The notes beneath the pieces are model-generated. The model was not told the DNA's origin and ran no database searches. It was given only the letters and a program-made list of their open reading frames with translations. The translations under genes and the position numbers were made by a program. Shown here piece by piece: positions 30,301-39,373 of a DNA stretch of 64,000 bases (position 1 is its first letter; each line of letters starts with the position of its first letter). Origin of the DNA: a virus; the IMG/VR virus record IMGVR_UViG_3300042197_004075, positions 1 through 64,000 of that record. One strand, written 5' to 3'.

Positions 30301-30701
30301 CATCTGGATTAATTGTAGATGCGCTTCATGCTTTTGATGACAATCTTTGGCAAGCATGTGACGCATTGCTTGGGTATTTTGAAGTCAAGGCACCAATACC
30401 TCCAGAAAAACTCTGTGATAAAACTCTAAATGAACTTCAGGATAATTACAGAAAATATAATATGAGAAATGATTGGATTAGACGAGCAAAGCAATTTGCT
30501 GAGAGATATCTGAAAAATGACACAAAAGAACTTACTTATATGCTTAAAGATGTCAACAACACAAAACAATGGCATGATCTTAAAAGGAGTCATGTTGAAG
30601 TAAACTATGAAAATTTGATTGAAGAAGATGATAATACAAAACTTGCTGAAACTATTGCTTGTTCTGGGCCAAATGGATGTGACCCATTCATGAGGTCTTA
30701 A
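27348..30701 (+). CDS. nrdJ: Class II (B12-dependent) ribonucleotide reductase with intein
   Basis: YNC, DSIEGW, D.SKIRPKG, SGGIRRSA, RARSNNS, GEPG, NP|CNEI, FCNLSE, TTVKPAGS, C-terminal ACSGPNGC. Confidence 0.92.
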   Translation: MTLKALADYTFISRYARYNKDLKRRESYHEAIDRVKNMHLEKYPMAKAEIEFAFKHVHEKLVLGSQRALQFGGKPILNKMARIYNCSAGYCDRVRFFQEATWLLLCGVGVGVSVTKNHIAKLPDFHTNLEKPSDFDTAKTFVIEDSIEGWSDAFGVLLASYMPHDEFNAYHGRYVEFDYSKIRPKGSALSYGVGKAPGPDPLKASLEKCRQVLNTCLTNNQRRLRPIDAMDILLHASDCVISGGIRRSAVIVLFSKDDMEMMTAKTGDWYYTNPQRARSNNSVLLDRKTTTSEEYHQLFASAKQFGEPGIVWTDCVEEQLFNPCVTSDTTVVTKNGIVQVKELVGQKFDALVDGKIYSSTQEGFWKTGTKDVIKLTFASGRELKLTSNHKVMTLDGWKEAGEISFEDEIVIHDHSENNSISVDKFSKSYAQGYLLGSFIGDGNTTGTKESVQVKWWGKDRYNYRKDGCDLLEQAEWQNCHHNKTTINDCKNSYCCIESKKLFNFAKEQDCIVDGKKCLSLKAIQGNWSYLAGIVTGYFDADGTVLVKKQKGSSIRLASVDLSNLKHIQLVLGAFGIFSKIYQNRRAAGFYELPDGHGGSKLYPVEEAHELIISRNSIEKYAKHIGFRNIDKSNKLNKILSTRVRVPYRSKFIDKVVNKEFIGKHDVYDCTIDSIHAFDANGVYVHNCNEISLRGYDESGDSGFQFCNLSEINGSKLVSAEQFALAARVGAIVGTLQAGYTDFGYLGKASENITRREALLGVSITGMMDNPDICFNAQLQRDMAQLVIQTNKELAAKIGINQAARCTTVKPAGSTSCLLETASGIHPHHAHRYFRRVQANSMEAPVQLYKNYNPDAVELSVWSANKTDDVITFMCEVPNHALTKGDVGAIKLLEFVKLTQENWIESGKVKELCAAPWLCHNVSNTINVGPDEWDAVENFIYKNKESFAGISLLGNTGDLDYNQAPFTKVLESDQILEKYGHGSLFASGLIVDALHAFDDNLWQACDALLGYFEVKAPIPPEKLCDKTLNELQDNYRKYNMRNDWIRRAKQFAERYLKNDTKELTYMLKDVNNTKQWHDLKRSHVEVNYENLIEEDDNTKLAETIACSGPNGCDPFMRS
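28317..29405 (+). mobile_element. 363-aa intein with LAGLIDADG endonuclease in RNR
   Basis: Starts CVTSDT; LTSNH; LGSFIGDG and GYFDADG; DVYDC; ends VHN followed by the catalytic Cys of NPCxE. Confidence 0.95.
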
Positions 30702-30702
30702 C

Positions 30703-31269
30703 ATGAGAGTCAATTTATTTGGTGCGCCGGGAAGTGGAAAAACCACCCTAGCTGCCGAGCTTTTTGTGCATTTTAAAAAGCAAAATATTAATTGTGAGAT
30801 TGTTAATGAGCTTGCAAGAGAATGGGCTTATTTGAATAGACCAATTGTTTCTTGCGATCAAATATTTCTGTTTGCTTCTCAAATGAATCGTGAAGACACC
30901 CTGCTTTCACGAAACAAAGCAGACATGATTATTACCGATTCGCCTGTTTACCTAAATGCATTTTATGGTATTCTTAAGGATGCAAAATTATTTAAAGGTT
31001 TGCAATCATTGTCAAGATATTTTGATTTGAAGTATAAGTGTGTTAATTTATTTTGTAAATTAAATGAAAATTTTATCTATTCAGATAAAGGTAGGTATCA
31101 TAGCAAAGAAGAAAGTAAAAAGCTTGAAACATTAATGTTAGAAGATGTGGAATCATATTATAGAACAATTTTAATGGATGTAATTATTTTAGATAATTCA
31201 AAAGAAAGATTGGATCAAGCAATCTCAATAATTGAAAGTCAATTTTTTGATCCAATATTTCCTTCTTAA
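30703..31269 (+). CDS. P-loop NTPase, NadR/AAA_28-like
   Basis: NLFGAPGSGKTT, ELARE, IITDSP, GRY. Confidence 0.8.
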   Translation: MRVNLFGAPGSGKTTLAAELFVHFKKQNINCEIVNELAREWAYLNRPIVSCDQIFLFASQMNREDTLLSRNKADMIITDSPVYLNAFYGILKDAKLFKGLQSLSRYFDLKYKCVNLFCKLNENFIYSDKGRYHSKEESKKLETLMLEDVESYYRTILMDVIILDNSKERLDQAISIIESQFFDPIFPS

Positions 31270-31297
31270 TTTAGAATATAATAACTAAATAAATTGT

Positions 31298-31834
31298 ATG
31301 GAAGACTTTAATTTCAAATCATTTTTACTAAATGAAAACAAAGTATACTTGGCACAAGAAATTGGTGAAATCTTAAATTCTGTGCAAGAGCTTAATGATG
31401 AAGTTGATAAAATTGGTACAAGAAATTTAGTACGATATACACAAGTTATAATTAACAAAGCTAGAGGAATTTTACAAGGACATTGGGGGGATGAAAATCG
31501 TAAGTGGTTAACCAAACTTCAAAAGTGTGCTGTGGCATTGGCAAAAGCTATAGATGAAAATGATAATACTGAAGAAGTATTGAAATCAGTTCAAACTGAA
31601 GTAGAAAATATGTTGAAAAAGATGGGGGTGCCATTTAATACAATTTCACCATCTAGTCAGCCAAAACAGCAAGACAATAGCGCAACGACGGCAGCAATAC
31701 CACAACAAGTTGGTGGCGAGACTCCCGCAGGACAACCGGCACCAACATTGCAGCCTGACTTAGCGGGACAAGAAGGTATGCCAGCATCACCGACTGGAGC
31801 AGTCAATCAAATGCCTGACAATCTAGGTCTATAG
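31298..31834 (+). CDS. Hypothetical protein, candidate internal head protein
   Basis: FNFKSFLLNE N-terminus; TAAATA 6 nt upstream; P/Q/G-rich tail. Confidence 0.75.
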   Translation: MEDFNFKSFLLNENKVYLAQEIGEILNSVQELNDEVDKIGTRNLVRYTQVIINKARGILQGHWGDENRKWLTKLQKCAVALAKAIDENDNTEEVLKSVQTEVENMLKKMGVPFNTISPSSQPKQQDNSATTAAIPQQVGGETPAGQPAPTLQPDLAGQEGMPASPTGAVNQMPDNLGL

Positions 31835-31837
31835 AAT

Positions 31838-32659
31838 ATGTGCGGACTTGCTGGATTCATTGGAAAGTCAAAGCAACCATATGTTTCGTTTGAACTTTTC
31901 TCAAATTTATTTGTAAACACACAAGTTCGTGGCGTTGATGCTGCCGGAATATACGCCGTCGATTCAAAAAACAATATTACATTTTTAAAGGATGGCGTTC
32001 CTTCTGAAGTTCTAATTAATTATGATGATTATATTGATCTGCAAAACAAGGATATAAATCTTTTATTGGGTCATTGCAGACAAACAAGCATTGGAGTTGG
32101 AGGATCAGAAGAAAATATTAACAATCACCCATTTGTTTCAGATAATAATAATATAGCCGTAATTCATAATGGAAGAATTGATCAAGAAGAATATAATAAG
32201 CTGGCAAAAGTTTATAATCCAACTGGCAAGTGTGATTCAGAGGTGATTTTAAGACATGTTGAAAAAAATGTTACCAAAAGTTCTGAAAATAACGCTGATT
32301 TAATATTAGAATCATTGACGCATTTTGTAGGACTATGTCCTGCTAGTCAATATGCGATTGCTTTAGGGGAGGTAAAAGAGCATGACAGAGTATTATACCT
32401 TTTGCGTAATGTACACAGGTCTCTTTGGTTCTTCGACTTAACCAAACAGCTAAATCAAATATTTTTTGCATCTACAGACGAAATTCTTTTTACATCACTT
32501 CTAAGTGTTTTACCAAAATTAATTAATATTGATGAAATTAAATTATATAAAATTGAACCAGATTGTATTGTCAAAATTTTGATGAAAGAGAACACTCTTG
32601 ATATTTTTTCTTATAAGTTAAAATTGCATCAAAAAATTCTTCTTGATTATATGAGGTAA
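31838..32659 (+). CDS. Class II (Ntn) glutamine amidotransferase
   Basis: MCGLAG, RG.DAAG, GHCR, NNHPF, HNG, CDSE, FAS. Confidence 0.9.
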   Translation: MCGLAGFIGKSKQPYVSFELFSNLFVNTQVRGVDAAGIYAVDSKNNITFLKDGVPSEVLINYDDYIDLQNKDINLLLGHCRQTSIGVGGSEENINNHPFVSDNNNIAVIHNGRIDQEEYNKLAKVYNPTGKCDSEVILRHVEKNVTKSSENNADLILESLTHFVGLCPASQYAIALGEVKEHDRVLYLLRNVHRSLWFFDLTKQLNQIFFASTDEILFTSLLSVLPKLINIDEIKLYKIEPDCIVKILMKENTLDIFSYKLKLHQKILLDYMR

Positions 32660-32660
32660 C

Positions 32661-33215
32661 ATGGATTTTCATAATTATGAGGTTGATGATTTAGGTCCGA
32701 TTAAGAAACCATCAAAAAAAAGAAATGGTTGCTCAAAAGGTAAACGATTTGAGAGAGAAATAGTAAAAAAATTAATAAATCGATTTGGTGTAGGCTTCAG
32801 CAGAAGTGTTGGAAGCGGTAATAGATGGGGACAAGTAGCAAATTTACCAGAACATGCAAAACAGACCCTTACAGGCGACATCTGTTGCCCAGAGGGATTC
32901 CTGTGGGTATTTGAATGTAAAGGTGGATACTCTGATATAGATTTACATTCATTTTTCAATGGAAATAAAAGATTTGATGAATTTTTACAGCAAGCTGAAG
33001 ATGATGGCAATAGACTTGATAAAAAACCAGTTGTTATATGGAAAAAAGATAGAAAAGAAATTGTAGCAGCATTTAAACAAGATGATTTGTTTGTTGAGTT
33101 TAAATATTGTTTTAATTACAGAAATTGGGTTATCGTTTCATTAAACGATTTTTTATCTTTAGATGATCGATGTTTTATTCAAAATCCTCAAGTTGGTAGG
33201 AATGAGATTTTTTAG
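32661..33215 (+). CDS. Holliday junction resolvase-like PD-(D/E)XK nuclease
   Basis: KGKRFERE, R...SG, GDI, FECK, QA..D. Confidence 0.8.
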   Translation: MDFHNYEVDDLGPIKKPSKKRNGCSKGKRFEREIVKKLINRFGVGFSRSVGSGNRWGQVANLPEHAKQTLTGDICCPEGFLWVFECKGGYSDIDLHSFFNGNKRFDEFLQQAEDDGNRLDKKPVVIWKKDRKEIVAAFKQDDLFVEFKYCFNYRNWVIVSLNDFLSLDDRCFIQNPQVGRNEIF

Positions 33216-34515
33216 GGATTAAATTTTTATATTCTGTGGACAAAAACCAATGCCATCTATTCGGAAATTGAGGATTTACATGTGTTCCGTAACCATCAGT
33301 AATAACAAATACAGCAGCAGGATATTTGTTACCCTGATTAACTATAGATTTAATATGATCTTCAATAATACTAAATGATGTTCCACCTCCACCATAAACT
33401 TGTTGACCTTTAATATCTGTTTCAACAACTCTTGTGTCAAAACAGAACAATCTGATGTTGAACTTTTTTGGATCAAGCGTTAGAGCAGCAGCAAAAAACC
33501 TATCTTTCAGATGAATACAACTACCTGAAGTGTCCATAAAAAAGAAAACATCAATTTTATCCTTCTTCATGCGAATATCTTCAACGATCTCGTCTGATGG
33601 AATAAACAATTCTGTTTCTATGCACGAAAATCTGCGTGGTAAACGAATCCATTGTTCAATTTCAAATTCGTCATGTCTTAAAGCAATCTTTTCCCACTTT
33701 TTAATGACTGTTTCCCACTTTTGTTTTTTAATAATTATGTTTGGTTTCACAACTAGAAAAGGTACGCACCCAAGAGCAGTACCTGCTTTGAACGACTTTG
33801 AAATTTGATTTTGAAGTTTGTCTTTCAAAACTTGAATATCTTCATCACTTAAACTTTCAATAACATCCTTGATCAAATCTGGATTGTCGAGGTCATCAGA
33901 CCATTTATCGTGATTATCCACAGTACTTGGTAAACCATCATCAGATTTGGAACCAGAATCAGAATCAGACTTTTCGTCTGAATTACCTTGATCTTTATCT
34001 TGACCTTTGCCTTGACCCTGACCTTTATCTTTGTTTTTGGCTTTATCCTGTTCTTTTAGTAATTGAACATAATAAAATTCTGAACTTTCATCAGTAGGGT
34101 AAGGTCTGCCATAAAGTTGTTTGCCCTTAAAAACAGTATCAACCCAACAATACTTTTCCCAATCTTGAATTTCTGTTTTAATAAAACCAAAACTTTCACA
34201 TAGCAAATGATTAATAACAATGTCTTGAGCAACATTTGCTATTCGCTTTTGATCACAATCTTTAAATCTTGAACCATGATTTAAAACGACATGCAAACAT
34301 TCGTGACAAATAACAAACAATTTTTTGTATTCATCACATTCATTCCAAAAATTTTCATTGAATAAAAAGTTGATGCATTTACCTTCCTTGTTGAACACAA
34401 CGGCAGCAGTATCCACGGAATCAGTAAATACAGGTTTTCCGAGTTGCCAAAATTTGTAAAATAAGGCATGATGTTGCTCAAGTTTGTCACCAATACTTTT
34501 CCAATAGTCTATCAT
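33175..34515 (-). CDS. Metallopeptidase-VWA protein (DUF2201-like)
   Basis: TAAV, HECLH, NVAQD..IN, MIDAS DTSGS, GGGGT.F, ITDG. Confidence 0.9.
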   Translation of the reverse strand: MIDYWKSIGDKLEQHHALFYKFWQLGKPVFTDSVDTAAVVFNKEGKCINFLFNENFWNECDEYKKLFVICHECLHVVLNHGSRFKDCDQKRIANVAQDIVINHLLCESFGFIKTEIQDWEKYCWVDTVFKGKQLYGRPYPTDESSEFYYVQLLKEQDKAKNKDKGQGQGKGQDKDQGNSDEKSDSDSGSKSDDGLPSTVDNHDKWSDDLDNPDLIKDVIESLSDEDIQVLKDKLQNQISKSFKAGTALGCVPFLVVKPNIIIKKQKWETVIKKWEKIALRHDEFEIEQWIRLPRRFSCIETELFIPSDEIVEDIRMKKDKIDVFFFMDTSGSCIHLKDRFFAAALTLDPKKFNIRLFCFDTRVVETDIKGQQVYGGGGTSFSIIEDHIKSIVNQGNKYPAAVFVITDGYGTHVNPQFPNRWHWFLSTEYKNLIPKKSHSYQLEDFE

Positions 34516-34517
34516 AA

Positions 34518-35951
34518 TTACCTCATAGTAAATGATGCGTTTGGACGCAGAGTACCATCAGTAAATCTTTCAAGGCCAACCTTTGCAATTTTAGCATTAA
34601 AAACATTATCATTGGTGTATTTCCCAACTGCATCAACTTGAAGCTGATTGATAAGTTCATTATAAACCCGTAAGAAATTTCCACAACAAGTTTCTTTAAG
34701 TTTTGCAGTAAAAGTCTTGTTAACAAAATAATGAATGAAAGCAAGAGTTTGTTCAGCGTTTACAAATAAGTTTCCAGATTTAATAGCATCGAATTCCTTT
34801 TGGTTATCCGAATTGTTCAGAGAAATTTTACAATGTTGTGTCCAATCACAAACTGTTTTGGAATCAACATCAGAAAGTTTAGATCGAGCTATTGATTCGT
34901 ACATGGAACCAATTTCACGAACCAAATTTTTATCAGCACTTGCCGAAATAATATTTCCCAGCATTTCGTCATATTTTTTTGTTACATCTGGTTTAAGGTC
35001 TTCAACAGAACGACTCATTTTAATATGGTCGAAAATAGTTTCTTTAATAAGTTTGCCATCTGTTTCACTCATAAGTAGAGAAATCTTCTCGTTGCTGATT
35101 AGGGGCAAATAGAACTCACATAGTTTTTTGTTAGCTTTTATATACTTTTTAGCTTGTTCATAATTGTTTTCAGCAGTAATGAATGTTTTGGCTTTTCTCA
35201 AGTTGCCTGTATTCATAAGTTCATGCAAAGTTTTTTCCACAGGTCCATTAATAAGCAAGGACTTAAGTTTAGAAATGTTGCTGTTACGAGGAATCACATC
35301 TTCAAGATCACCACCAATAATGTGATTATTAATTGCATAGTCTAACCGACGAGGAGATATATGATCTTTAAACTCAACAGGGAGATCATTCCACCATTCA
35401 ACAGCAGCTAAACCAATATCATCACCATATTTGGTCTTAAAGTATTGAACATCGCACTCATAAGGAATTGGCAAAAAGATTTCAAACCTATCTCGTTGGG
35501 GTGGATCGAGTTTCTCAACATCATATACTTCTTCTTCAGTATAAGGATTAATTGCTGCCCAAACGACTTTTAGATTGGGAAACTTTTTGCCATTAATTGA
35601 CTTAAACTGAATCAATTCTAGAACAGCATTTCTGATCTTCTTGGGCGCACGATTGAACTCATCAAAGAAAATAGCTTGTACTTTGGAACTGTCGCTCAAT
35701 GCCCTAGGTCGGACAAAATCAAGCACCCTGTTTCCCGATGGGTCCAAAGTTTCTTTTGGGACTCCGATGAGATCCGTCCAAGGATCAAGCGTAGCAGCAG
35801 AAAAATAGAGATACGACTCACCCAAAACTAAGCCAGCAGATTCAAATACCTGTTTAATCATGGCAGTCTTGCCAACGCCATGCTTTCCCTCTAGCAAGAC
35901 ATTGAGATTGTTATCGAGATAAAATTTTAGCTTGTTGATTTTACTAGACAC
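34518..35951 (-). CDS. MoxR-like AAA+ ATPase
   Basis: GKHGVGKT, DLIGVP, FFDEFNR, AAINP, DRF; adjacent to the VWA gene. Confidence 0.88.
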   Translation of the reverse strand: MSSKINKLKFYLDNNLNVLLEGKHGVGKTAMIKQVFESAGLVLGESYLYFSAATLDPWTDLIGVPKETLDPSGNRVLDFVRPRALSDSSKVQAIFFDEFNRAPKKIRNAVLELIQFKSINGKKFPNLKVVWAAINPYTEEEVYDVEKLDPPQRDRFEIFLPIPYECDVQYFKTKYGDDIGLAAVEWWNDLPVEFKDHISPRRLDYAINNHIIGGDLEDVIPRNSNISKLKSLLINGPVEKTLHELMNTGNLRKAKTFITAENNYEQAKKYIKANKKLCEFYLPLISNEKISLLMSETDGKLIKETIFDHIKMSRSVEDLKPDVTKKYDEMLGNIISASADKNLVREIGSMYESIARSKLSDVDSKTVCDWTQHCKISLNNSDNQKEFDAIKSGNLFVNAEQTLAFIHYFVNKTFTAKLKETCCGNFLRVYNELINQLQVDAVGKYTNDNVFNAKIAKVGLERFTDGTLRPNASFTMR

Positions 35952-36017
35952 GACTCATACTCCTATTGGCAATTGGTTTTTGCCACTAGTATAAGGCATA
36001 GTCGGTAAAGTTCTAGT

Positions 36018-36752
36018 TTATTTGTAAATCTGTAAAGACATTCTGTCGCTTATGAATGTGTTATCACCTATTTCTAATGTGAACCACACATCATAGATAC
36101 CTTCATTCAAATCTGTCGTATCAAGTAAATAATAAGCAAAGTTCTTTTCTCTATAGCTAGTTGCAGCAGCATCAACAACAGTTCGCAAATCTTCTTCAGC
36201 TGGCAAACAATCGCCACATTTTTGAACTATGCTTATTTTAACATCAGAGGAAATAATAAGGTTTTCGTAATATCTTTGCAAATCTGTTCCTCTTGGAACA
36301 TTTGGAGTTATTTGACAAATTATATATTGTTTGCTACCTTTTCTGAACTTATTAGGTCTAAAAATAAAAGAAAAATCGTAAACAACAGGAATTGGTGTTG
36401 TGTACCAAAGATCAGGGTATAAGGTAAAACTGTTTACTATTTCACTTGAACCTTCTTCATTTGTAAAAGATATAGTCCAAACATCAATATAATTGCCAGT
36501 TATATATATTGGATAGCTTGTAGGCAAGTCAATGTAGTATTTTCCTGTGTCATCCTGATTGACTGATGAAATAGTTGTAATTAAAGTTCTTGCATTTGGA
36601 TCATTTACTGAAACACCATCATTAATACGATAGATTTCTACTTTTTCAATTGAGTCTACATTTGAAAAGTTGTTCTGATTATATACAAATAGTCTAAGGG
36701 CGACAGTATTTCCAACTGTAGGATTTTGATATCTTTCTCTTGTAGTTGTCAT
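36018..36752 (-). CDS. Hypothetical beta-rich (Ig-like) probable virion protein
   Basis: TGKYY, GNYIDVW, GIYDVWF repeats; downstream of the tail chaperone. Confidence 0.65.
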   Translation of the reverse strand: MTTTRERYQNPTVGNTVALRLFVYNQNNFSNVDSIEKVEIYRINDGVSVNDPNARTLITTISSVNQDDTGKYYIDLPTSYPIYITGNYIDVWTISFTNEEGSSEIVNSFTLYPDLWYTTPIPVVYDFSFIFRPNKFRKGSKQYIICQITPNVPRGTDLQRYYENLIISSDVKISIVQKCGDCLPAEEDLRTVVDAAATSYREKNFAYYLLDTTDLNEGIYDVWFTLEIGDNTFISDRMSLQIYK

Positions 36753-36754
36753 GT

Positions 36755-36997
36755 TTATCTCCTAGACCTTGCTTGGGATTTTGCTTTACGAGCTTCTTTA
36801 TCGTGTTCTTCTTTTTCTCGTTTCTTTTGTTCCACAAACTTGTCTATAAGATATCTACGCTCTGTGATTTCAAGTCTCATAGCTGAAAATTTATCCATAT
36901 GCATATGGTATATGAAAAAGAAAATCTCATCCATGAGATTTCTCCACAATACTAGACTTGGGTTTTCGCTCCCTTCTTGCTCCGGGGGAAGAAAAAA
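36755..36997 (-). CDS. Tail chaperone C-terminal extension (lambda T / P2 E'-like), probably reached by -1 frameshift
   Basis: -1 frame is open from the slippery site to the stop at 36755; own start is a weak TTG. Confidence 0.65.
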   Translation of the reverse strand, partial: FFLPPEQEGSENPSLVLWRNLMDEIFFFIYHMHMDKFSAMRLEITERRYLIDKFVEQKKREKEEHDKEARKAKSQARSRR

Positions 36998-37989
36998 TTT
37001 GCTTCAAGAGGTAGATCGATTTCAAATTCTTCATTGTTATAAGGACTTACAATTGTAACTTTGGTGTCAACACCAAAAGGAGGATCATTAACAAGATTTC
37101 TAAGATAACTTACATCTTGAATAGGTAGATTTTTAAGAACAACTTTAATTTCTTCCTTTTCAACTATGCTTTCAATATTGTTGATTAGTTGTGCTGTTCT
37201 AAATAAAAGTGTATCATCAGCAGCAGTATCACCAAAGGCTTTCAATCGCCTTTCACGATAATCTTGCAATTCTGTTTCATCTCGACCCTTGGACAATCGA
37301 TAAGTAAATTTCAAACCACTTTTGGGTAGAACACCAGTCAAATCATTGCTGTTGAAAGAGTCTGGGCAACGCTGAACGGGTATAGTATCAAGGTCAATTA
37401 CAGTTTGGAAAGGACGATCAGTTTCAGGACACTTTACCTGAACTTCGTAGTCTGAACCATATGAAATGCCACGAAGATAAATCAAAAGAAAAGTTCTATC
37501 AGCGGTCAAAAGATTTTCAGGTTTAATAGATTCCTTAATACATTTTGAAAAAATCATGTTCATAGCAATGCCCTTTTTGACGAAACGAGGTGTTGCTAGA
37601 ATCTGTTCTTCTTCACCAGTCATAGCACGAATGTGAATCTTCCCATCAACAGGCCCATCTGTACCATCATAAAATCGACCTCGGCTTGGTAAAACAACTT
37701 CTTCAAAATTTGAACTTTGATTTTTTAGATTTTGAAGCAGAATTGTTAGTTCTGTGTTTTGTTGAAATCCAGCAGGAGCAAATCCTGCAACAGGTTGTTG
37801 AGGTTGAGGACTTGACGAGTCTAAACCCATGGCAGCACGGAATTGTGGAGGAATATTTCCTGTGATTTTTACAGGACTTTCAGGTTGCTGCCCGCCCATT
37901 TGCTGCCGAAGTGGATGATGCTCTGGCAAATCAACATGATCATTGTTTTGTGTATTGGGACGCTGTGGACGATAGATTTCATCTGACAT
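36952..37989 (-). CDS. Tail/baseplate hub assembly chaperone (T4 gp26-like)
   Basis: LPSRG.FY, MTGEEE.IL, L..ADR.FLLI.LR.ISYG..Y, CP, LPKSG, ends NFFFP. Confidence 0.8.
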   Translation of the reverse strand: MSDEIYRPQRPNTQNNDHVDLPEHHPLRQQMGGQQPESPVKITGNIPPQFRAAMGLDSSSPQPQQPVAGFAPAGFQQNTELTILLQNLKNQSSNFEEVVLPSRGRFYDGTDGPVDGKIHIRAMTGEEEQILATPRFVKKGIAMNMIFSKCIKESIKPENLLTADRTFLLIYLRGISYGSDYEVQVKCPETDRPFQTVIDLDTIPVQRCPDSFNSNDLTGVLPKSGLKFTYRLSKGRDETELQDYRERRLKAFGDTAADDTLLFRTAQLINNIESIVEKEEIKVVLKNLPIQDVSYLRNLVNDPPFGVDTKVTIVSPYNNEEFEIDLPLEANFFFPRSKKGAKTQV

Positions 37990-38085
37990 GTTTTTTCCTC
38001 TTTACTTTTAATGTGTCATTTGACACTAGTTTATAAATTAATACAGTAAAAATAAATTTTTCTTACATTAAACTAAGATATTTGT

Positions 38086-38466
38086 ATGATTACAATTGGA
38101 ATTCATAACATCGAAAATATTATTTTTGATAATAAAACTATAAGAGATTCTTTACCTAGACATAAACAATATTTTGATTCTTGGCAATTGAGTAAATCAA
38201 TTCCTTTTATGAGGGCACTTGGCACAAGATCAATTTTACAGTTTATTGATCAAATCTCTGATGATGACAAAAAAATTATTTCTGACATCTTGAAAACAGA
38301 AGTATATTTTCTTGAAATTGATTTATCAAAAATTTTGAGTTATTCGGGAACAACAGAAAATATAGAATTTGAACTGCCCCTACACAAAAATATAAACGAA
38401 ATAGCTATTACAAGAAGTAGAGATAAAATTGGTGTCACTTTACACGCAGGAGAGAGTCATGAATGA
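38086..38466 (+). CDS. Hypothetical protein
   Basis: First ORF of a coupled plus-strand operon. Confidence 0.7.
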   Translation: MITIGIHNIENIIFDNKTIRDSLPRHKQYFDSWQLSKSIPFMRALGTRSILQFIDQISDDDKKIISDILKTEVYFLEIDLSKILSYSGTTENIEFELPLHKNINEIAITRSRDKIGVTLHAGESHE

Positions 38467-38779
38467 ATTTGTGCTAATTATGTGGATTTTTGGTTGCATT
38501 GGCATGACACATATTATTGTAGAAAGCGATATTTCCAAAAAAATCAAAGATTTTATTGAACCATATACGCCCACTTTTCTTTTTAAAGCGTTGGGCTGTT
38601 ATCAATGTACAGGATTCTGGTCAGGAGTGTTTATAACAACTGCATATCTAATTATGCAAGATAATATAAACGAATTTTGGTTTCTTATTTTTGTTGGTGG
38701 TTGTGCAAGTAGTTTTTTAAGTACATTTGCAGCAATTCTGCTTACATATTTAGAGGCAAATTCAATGGTGAAAGAATGA
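38459..38779 (+). CDS. Small membrane protein (DUF1360-like)
   Basis: Three hydrophobic segments, CYQCTGFW; GGAG RBS. Confidence 0.7.
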   Translation: MNEFVLIMWIFGCIGMTHIIVESDISKKIKDFIEPYTPTFLFKALGCYQCTGFWSGVFITTAYLIMQDNINEFWFLIFVGGCASSFLSTFAAILLTYLEANSMVKE

Positions 38780-38997
38780 ATAAATTAAATTTATATTGTG
38801 ACTTTTGTAATAGAAAGTATCATTCTGTTGATGAGAAAAACTTTATTCAACAAATAAAGTCACAAGTACAAAAAAGTTTTAAAATTGCAATTGATCAGGA
38901 ACAGATAAAACAAGAAGCATTTATTGCACAGAAACCAACATATAAGTGTCCTAGATGTGGATATCTTATGAGGAACATTGTCAAAAATGAAAAATAA
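38776..38997 (+). CDS. Zn-ribbon protein
   Basis: CDFC...CPRCG. Confidence 0.7.
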   Translation: MNKLNLYCDFCNRKYHSVDEKNFIQQIKSQVQKSFKIAIDQEQIKQEAFIAQKPTYKCPRCGYLMRNIVKNEK

Positions 38998-39373
38998 ATC
39001 ATACATAAGTCTTTTTGATGTAAAACAAGCTCTAAGAGATTCTAAGTTCAGAGAATCCTTACCAGAGTCTTTAATGCCAGAAGTTCAAAGATTTCTTAAC
39101 AACCCAAGCTGTACTTGTAATTATTCAATTTATGTAAAGATAATGAAAGATGCCAAAGATCAACTTATTCAATTCTATCCAGAAAAACAATACATGTCTC
39201 CTGATGAAGAAAAGGAAAAACTTGCCAAAAATAATTTTACAGTAATAAATTGTTCAATTGGAGAGCTAGAATCTCGGCTTAAATTACTTAAACCGGGAAG
39301 AAAACAAATAGCAATTGCAAGATTTGAAGATCAAGCAACTGTAATTGTTAATGAACTTGATCAAATTTTTTAA
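38987..39373 (+). CDS. Hypothetical protein
   Basis: ORF within the operon; NPSCTC motif. Confidence 0.7.
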   Translation: MKNKSYISLFDVKQALRDSKFRESLPESLMPEVQRFLNNPSCTCNYSIYVKIMKDAKDQLIQFYPEKQYMSPDEEKEKLAKNNFTVINCSIGELESRLKLLKPGRKQIAIARFEDQATVIVNELDQIF

